Virus record (IMG/VR): IMGVR_UViG_2534681701_000012 | DNA length: 17,104 nucleotides | Direction: 5' to 3' (one strand) | Source of the DNA: a virus | Lineage: Duplodnaviria > Heunggongvirae > Uroviricota > Caudoviricetes | In this document: piece after piece, positions 14,985 through 17,104 of the stretch | How positions within the stretch are numbered: position 1 is the first letter of the stretch | How the letters are laid out: the number at the start of each line of letters is the position of its first letter | The notes under the pieces: model-generated | What the model was told of the DNA's origin: nothing | Seen by the model: the letters and a program-made list of their open reading frames with translations, nothing else | Databases searched by the model: none | Made by a program: the position numbers and the translations under genes

Positions 14985-15117
14985 ATCTGGAAAGCGGTGC
15001 ATAACGTTAAACGTGATGGCGATTGCGCAATGAGTTTCTCCTTCTCTGAAGTCTCTTGACTGCATGGAATCTCCTTTGTTATGTAAGGTGAGTTGATGTT
15101 TTAAAATTGTTAGAGAG

Positions 15118-15329
15118 ATGGGTATGGATGACAGCACTCTGCTGAGGAACTCTTCACTTTTTATTGCTTATATGGGCTGTCTTGGATGGGGAAGCGCTTA
15201 TTTCTATGGATGGGGGACTTCCTTTTATTATGGCTTTCCATGGTGGATCGTCGGGGCTGGCGTTGATGATGTGGCCCGAAGTTTGTTTTATGCTGTGAGC
15301 GTTATCGTTATATTCCTTACTGGATGGGG
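15118..15329 (+). pseudogene. 5' fragment of an aromatic/glycine-rich membrane protein gene, truncated by IS1
   Basis: ORF 15118-15351 runs into the IS1 left inverted repeat, so its last codons (GGMLPTY) and stop are IS1-derived. Hydrophobic W/G/Y/F-rich sequence. Start codon weakly supported. Confidence 0.35.
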
Positions 15330-15384
15330 GGGGATGCTGCCAACTTACTGATTTAGTGTATGATGGTGTTTTTGAGGTGCTCCA

Positions 15385-15660
15385 GTGGCTTCTGTTTCTA
15401 TCAGCTGTCCCTCCTGTTCAGCTACTGACGGGGTGGTGCGTAACGGCAAAAGCACTGCCGGACATCAGCGCTATCTCTGCTCTCACTGCCGTAAAACATG
15501 GCAACTGCAGTTCACTTACACTGCTTCTCAACCCGGTACGCACCAGAAAATCATTGATATGGCCATGAATGGCGTTGGATGCCGGGCAACAGCCCGCATT
15601 ATGGGCGTTGGCCTCAACACGATTTTACGTCACTTAAAAAACTCAGGCCGCAGTCGGTAA
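15385..15660 (+). CDS. insA: IS1 InsA
   Basis: 91-aa product [42 protein letters not shown]... matches IS1 InsA (zinc finger plus HTH). Confidence 0.9.
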
Positions 15661-16082
15661 CCTCGCGCATACAGCCGGGCAGTGACGTCATCGTCTGCGC
15701 GGAAATGGACGAACAGTGGGGCTATGTCGGGGCTAAATCGCGCCAGCGCTGGCTGTTTTACGCGTATGACAGGCTCCGGAAGACGGTTGTTGCGCACGTA
15801 TTCGGTGAACGCACTATGGCGACGCTGGGGCGTCTTATGAGCCTGCTGTCACCCTTTGACGTGGTGATATGGATGACGGATGGCTGGCCGCTGTATGAAT
15901 CCCGCCTGAAGGGAAAGCTGCACGTAATCAGCAAGCGATATACGCAGCGAATTGAGCGGCATAACCTGAATCTGAGGCAGCACCTGGCACGGCTGGGACG
16001 GAAGTCGCTGTCGTTCTCAAAATCGGTGGAGCTGCATGACAAAGTCATCGGGCATTATCTGAACATAAAACACTATCAATAA
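15579..16082 (+). CDS. insB: IS1 InsB reading frame (expressed as InsAB' transposase by -1 frameshift)
   Basis: Open -1 frame overlapping the insA 3' end; contains the [22 protein letters not shown]...[10 protein letters not shown] region of IS1 transposase. Slippery A6C site at 15634-15642. Confidence 0.85.
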
Positions 16083-16098
16083 GTTAGAGTCATTACCG

Positions 16099-16800
16099 GC
16101 TACATCGACAGTAATTCCAGGAGATATCACCACGCTAAAGGGAGATGTCAGTAAAACTAAGGAAGATATTTCCTCAATTAACGGAAAAGTATCAACGCTT
16201 CAGACTGATATGACCAGTACAAAGCAGGATATCAGTACCAGATACACAAAAACTGAAGTTGATAATAAGCTGAAAAACAAACTGGAAGTGAATGCTTTGG
16301 AAAGCGGTAATTATGGTGGAGATTTTTACCCGCTGACTGGTCGTGAAGCATTTTATTTATGGAATTTGGGCACGACTACAGCGGCGGCAAACCTTTATCT
16401 TAATCCTGACCCTGCAATTTCGTCTGTACTGCGGTCAACATCGTCTATTCGCTATAAACATTCAGTAGAGACGATAGATTCAGAGCACGCCGATCTCATT
16501 TTCAAGATGCGCCCTGTGTGGTACAGGTCGCAATGCGAAAATGACAGGCGCGATTGGGGATTCTATGGATTGATTGCCGAGGAAGTAGGAGAAATTGCCC
16601 CTCAGTTTGTTCACTGGCGACCAGCCAACGAAGATGATGCACCGGAAACCATTTCCAGCAATGGCCTTGTTGCCGAAGGTGTAATGTACGAACGTCTGGT
16701 TGTTCCACTGATTCACCATATCCAGAAACTGACTGAAAGAGTTGATGAACTTGAGTCAGAATTGAAGTTGTTATCAACTTCCCAAAGCGATATCGGATAA
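16099..16800 (+). pseudogene. 3' fragment of a tail-fibre gene (C-terminal intramolecular-chaperone / S74-like domain)
   Basis: The frame is open from the IS1 right end with no start context. Product has tail-fibre-like heptad repeats (TLKGDVSKTKEDISSINGKVSTLQTDMTSTKQDIS) followed by a C-terminal domain (ESGNYGGDFYPLTGREAFYLWNLG...GLIAEEVGEIAPQFVHWR...ERVDELESELK) resembling auto-cleaving tail-fibre chaperone domains. Confidence 0.65.
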
Positions 16801-16810
16801 AGGAGGAGTA

Positions 16811-17104
16811 ATGGATATAACACCTTTTCTTCATGCGCTTTGTGCTGTGGCTGCGCAGGTACTGGTTGGTCTTTTTACCGGAAACTGGGCTTACGGGACG
16901 ATAGCCGGTTGTACGTTCTTCATTGCGCGTGAACACACCCAGGCAGAATATCGCTGGATTGAAATGTTCGGGCATGGCAAGCGGATTAACATGCCGTGGT
17001 GGGGCGGTTTTGATCCGCGTGCGTGGGATGTAGCAAGCCTGATGGATTTTGCTGTGCCGGTGGTGGCGTGTCTGCTGGTCTGGCTGTTGGTTAATCGTGG
17101 GTGA
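16811..17104 (+). CDS. Hypothetical membrane protein downstream of tail-fibre remnant
   Basis: 97-aa ORF with AAGGAGG Shine-Dalgarno 5 nt upstream and two hydrophobic segments. Stop codon is the last 3 nt of the window. Confidence 0.5.
   Translation: MDITPFLHALCAVAAQVLVGLFTGNWAYGTIAGCTFFIAREHTQAEYRWIEMFGHGKRINMPWWGGFDPRAWDVASLMDFAVPVVACLLVWLLVNRG

Larger units (their letters stand above)
15330..16097 (+). mobile_element. IS1 insertion sequence (768 bp)
   Basis: Left end GGGGATGCTGCCAACTTACTGAT and right end AAGTTAGAGTCATTACC each differ by one base from canonical IS1 inverted repeats as I recall them. Contains insA, the insB frame and the A6C frameshift motif TTAAAAAAC at 15634-15642. No 8-9 bp direct repeat flanks it. 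Confidence 0.9.

Noticed and set aside
14955-15137. 60-aa minus-strand ORF
   Set aside because: Overlaps the late promoter/terminator region antisense, has no Shine-Dalgarno sequence and sits at the size threshold; likely spurious.

Overview
This window is the integrase-proximal arm, immunity region, replication module and nin/Q region of a defective lambdoid prophage of the E. coli Rac/Qin type, read entirely from the sequence without database searches. Leftward (minus strand) operon: CI/DicA-like repressor, then ydfA-ydfB-ydfC-like small genes, an extra 124-aa ORF, a DicF-like sRNA, dicB, ydfD-like, a 197-aa ORF, a DEDDh exonuclease, xis and a tyrosine integrase. Rightward (plus strand): Cro/YdaS-like, YdaT-like, a replisome-organiser (O-like) gene with internal iterons, a lambda-P-like helicase loader, a frameshifted tandem winged-helix gene, a tightly coupled three-gene cassette, an AT-rich island with an orphan hok toxin, a DUF968-like protein, RusA, antiterminator Q and a late-promoter/terminator pair. 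Immediately after that, an IS1 element with no target-site duplication joins a truncated post-Q ORF to the 3' end of a tail-fibre gene, so the lysis and morphogenesis genes are absent. The best candidates for undescribed biology are the 124-aa insert in the dicB operon, the coupled HTH/DUF4406-like/membrane cassette, and the AT-rich hok island; none can be assigned a function from sequence alone. Family names (DUF1627, DUF4406, DUF968, Ydf/Yda) are from memory and unverified.
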